A stretch of 64,000 nucleotides of DNA from Patescibacteria group bacterium (GTDB lineage: Bacteria > Patescibacteriota > Patescibacteriia > Patescibacteriales > WJLG01). Location of the stretch: positions 66,501 through 130,500 of the forward strand of contig JAQTUZ010000003.1 in the NCBI GenBank assembly GCA_028707065.1, read 5' to 3'. Made by a program: the position numbers and the translations under genes. The notes below the pieces were generated by a model that searched no databases, was not told where the DNA came from, and worked only from the letters and a program-made list of their open reading frames with translations. Of the stretch, positions 61,988 to 64,000 are shown in pieces; the first letter of the stretch is position 1; the number at the start of each line of letters is the position of its first letter.

Positions 61988-64000
61988 ATGAAAATAAATT
62001 TTAAAAAACAATTATTTTATTTGGCGCTCGCCGCGATTTGCCTGGTTTCCGTTTCTGGCGCGGTGATTTATTATTTTTACGCCTTGAATTGGCTGGGGAT
62101 TTCGCTAGTTCTGATCTTGTCCGGCTTGGGTGTTTGGTATTTTGCCCGCCTGCTTTTTGTGCAAAAAAAAGAGACGTTCGGCACTGATGATATAGCGGAA
62201 AAATTCATTATCAAAAAAACTGAAATTGACTGGAAAAAAATCACCATAACTTCCGCTTGGCTCGTTCCTTATTTTATTTTTTTACTTTTTACTTTTTACT
62301 TTTTACTTAAGGTTCGGACCGACGCAGCCCTGACTTCCCCCTGGCAGGTTGTTTCAGTAAAATTTTTCATCTTTTATATTTTGGCGACCGCCTATTTGCT
62401 CTGGTTGATCATTAGAAATTCCAAATTTACGCTCTGGCTGATTATGGCCCATTATTTTTTATCTTTTTCTGCCTTATGGATTGTGTTTAAAATCGGCTAT
62501 GGCTATGATCCTTTCATCCACCAAGCCACGGCTGATTTAATCGATAAGCAAGGCGCAGTCTTTCCCAAGACGCCATATTATCTTGGCCAATACGCGCTAA
62601 TCTTATTCGCCCATAAATTATTTTTCCTCCCGATCGTCTGGGCCGACAAACTTTTAGTCCCCCTTCTCGCCGCTTTAGCTTTACCGCCCACAATTTATCT
62701 TTTCTTAAAAAAACGCTGTTCAAACTTATCATTTGTAATTTGTAATTTGTCATTATTAATTTTATTGATTCTCCCCTTCTCCGTCTTCACCTTAACCGTT
62801 CCGCAAAACTTGGCCTATCTATTTTTATTGCTTTCGATCTTTTTTTCGCTCTTCGCGCGCGAACGCATTGAAATAATTTTAAGTTTTCTTTTAGCCGGCG
62901 CGGCCTTAGCGACTCATCCGATCGCCGGCATTCCGGCTTTACTTTTTGCTTTAGCTGCGCTCATCGCCCGCCAGCCGGGCAACCGGATTTTCTTTACGCC
63001 AAAAAATAACAGCGAGGACGGCGAAATTTGCCTGGACAAACCCCGCGAAGGAATCTTGCGCATTAAAACTATAAAAATCTCGGAAAAAAAACATTGGCAT
63101 TTTTCTTTCCGAACAATCAGCGATTTTTTTCTAGGCAAAAATATTTTCTATGTTCTGATCGCCTTGCTGACGGCGGTGGTTCTGCCGCTACTCTTTTATT
63201 TATCCGGCAAAAATTCCACTGGTTCAACCGGCGGAGAATCAACGGCAGCCGGATTTATTATGCCGGGCATCGCCTTTCCGCGGCAAGAAAATATTTTCCT
63301 AAATTTTATTTATTTTTTCCTAAGCAATGAATGGCTGGTTTTGATCGTCTTAGCCTTGGCGGCCGGTTACGCGATCTATCGCTATCGTGATAAATTTCCG
63401 GAATTAGTTTTATTAGGCAGCATAGCCATTAGCTTATTAGTCGCTTATTTTATAACCAAGCAATTAAATTTTAACTTCCTTATCAGTTACGAGCGCAATG
63501 ACTACGCGCAAAGAATTTTATTCGCGGCTTTTATTTTTCTCATTCCGGTTTTGGCAATTTTAGCGGGCAAACTTATTGAGCTAATCCTTTCAGCACGGCC
63601 ATTGCTTAAATATTCTTGGCTGGCATTGTTGGTAATTCTTATCGCTGTTTCGCTTTATGGCTCTTATCCGCGGCTCGACCGATATTTTAATTCTCGCGGA
63701 TTCTCGGTCGGCGCCGATGATCTTGCCGCGGTGAATTGGATCGCGCAAGATGCCGGAAATACGCCGTATGTCGTTTTAGCCGATCAGCAAGTTTCCGTCG
63801 GCGCGCTCTGGACTTTCGGCTTTTCTCATTATTACAAATCCCCCCTCCTTCCTAAGGATGGGGTGTCCTCCCCTCCTTCCCAAGGAGGGGTTGGGGGTGG
63901 TTCTGCGGGAGGTGGTTCTGAAATCTATTTTTACCCGATTCCGACCGGCGGGCCGCTTTACCAAATTTACTTGAATATGGTTTATCAAAAACCCGACCGC
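61988..64000 (+). CDS. large polytopic membrane protein (more than 671 aa, 3' end runs off the window)
   Basis: The ATG at 61988 opens a frame with no stop to base 64000 (exactly 671 codons, so not in the ORF track). My translation begins MKINFKKQLFYLALAAICLVSVSGAVIYYF and contains at least 12 hydrophobic segments. Confidence 0.7.
   Translation, partial: MKINFKKQLFYLALAAICLVSVSGAVIYYFYALNWLGISLVLILSGLGVWYFARLLFVQKKETFGTDDIAEKFIIKKTEIDWKKITITSAWLVPYFIFLLFTFYFLLKVRTDAALTSPWQVVSVKFFIFYILATAYLLWLIIRNSKFTLWLIMAHYFLSFSALWIVFKIGYGYDPFIHQATADLIDKQGAVFPKTPYYLGQYALILFAHKLFFLPIVWADKLLVPLLAALALPPTIYLFLKKRCSNLSFVICNLSLLILLILPFSVFTLTVPQNLAYLFLLLSIFFSLFARERIEIILSFLLAGAALATHPIAGIPALLFALAALIARQPGNRIFFTPKNNSEDGEICLDKPREGILRIKTIKISEKKHWHFSFRTISDFFLGKNIFYVLIALLTAVVLPLLFYLSGKNSTGSTGGESTAAGFIMPGIAFPRQENIFLNFIYFFLSNEWLVLIVLALAAGYAIYRYRDKFPELVLLGSIAISLLVAYFITKQLNFNFLISYERNDYAQRILFAAFIFLIPVLAILAGKLIELILSARPLLKYSWLALLVILIAVSLYGSYPRLDRYFNSRGFSVGADDLAAVNWIAQDAGNTPYVVLADQQVSVGALWTFGFSHYYKSPLLPKDGVSSPPSQGGVGGGSAGGGSEIYFYPIPTGGPLYQIYLNMVYQKPDR
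63839..63920. repeat. CCCCTCC/GGAGGGG hairpin element in frame inside the membrane protein gene
   Basis: tcccccctccttcctaaggatggggtgtcctcccctccttcccaaggaggggttgggggtggttctgcgggaggtggttct encodes SPLLPKDGVSSPPSQGGVGGGSAGGGS. Related to 14977-15047. Confidence 0.75.

Noticed and set aside
4324-63920. Possible CRISPR array among the many repeats
   Set aside because: The repeats are palindromic inverted pairs scattered singly in intergenic gaps or inside genes. They are not regularly spaced direct repeats with unique spacers, and no cas genes are present.
1-64000. Alternative genetic code (UGA reassignment)
   Set aside because: Recognisable genes end at TGA (for example sufS at 6625 and the kinase at 4885), as well as at TAA and TAG. 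Conserved proteins are full-length under the standard code.

Overview
This is a gene-dense, moderately AT-rich bacterial window. About 50 of roughly 54 genes are on the minus strand. It uses the standard genetic code, since TGA, TAA and TAG all terminate recognisable genes. Gene content and repeat style look like a Candidate Phyla Radiation (Patescibacteria/Parcubacteria-like) genome; that assignment is my inference only. Recognisable housekeeping genes are clpB (with a perfect CIRCE operator), sufS-sufE fusion, tsf, rpsB, mnmA, rnpB, tgt, typA, tRNA-Gln, dnaX, corA-like, dus, cysS and hisI-like. There are also two cell-envelope blocks. One holds three GT4 glycosyltransferases and a polyprenyl glycosylphosphotransferase. 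The other holds a 1597-aa LVIVD/VWA surface protein, a 665-aa surface protein, a DUF4012 protein and another GT4. The most unusual property of the window is its repeat load. (i) Almost every gap between co-directional genes is filled by one long palindrome from one of several families. (ii) GC-rich palindromic elements that also occur intergenically sit in frame, in both orientations, inside conserved genes (cysS, dus, tgt twice, mnmA, a GT4 and two others). This resembles the palindromic elements described in Rickettsia. Other items worth a second look:
- an A9 slippery run in dnaX whose -1 frame stops two codons later
- a free-standing LAGLIDADG gene between a tRNA 5' fragment and an intact tRNA-Gln
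- an orphan promoter-to-terminator unit of about 205 nt with no ORF
- a 57-aa Cys-rich micro-gene missed by the ORF track
- a signal-anchored radical-SAM homolog lacking the first cluster cysteine
- a Tgt without its zinc site
- a zinc-ribbon insertion in CysRS
- two tandem secreted-protein cassettes sharing promoter and terminator modules
No CRISPR array, rRNA, integrase, transposase or reverse transcriptase was seen. All family assignments rest on motifs read from the translations, not on database searches.
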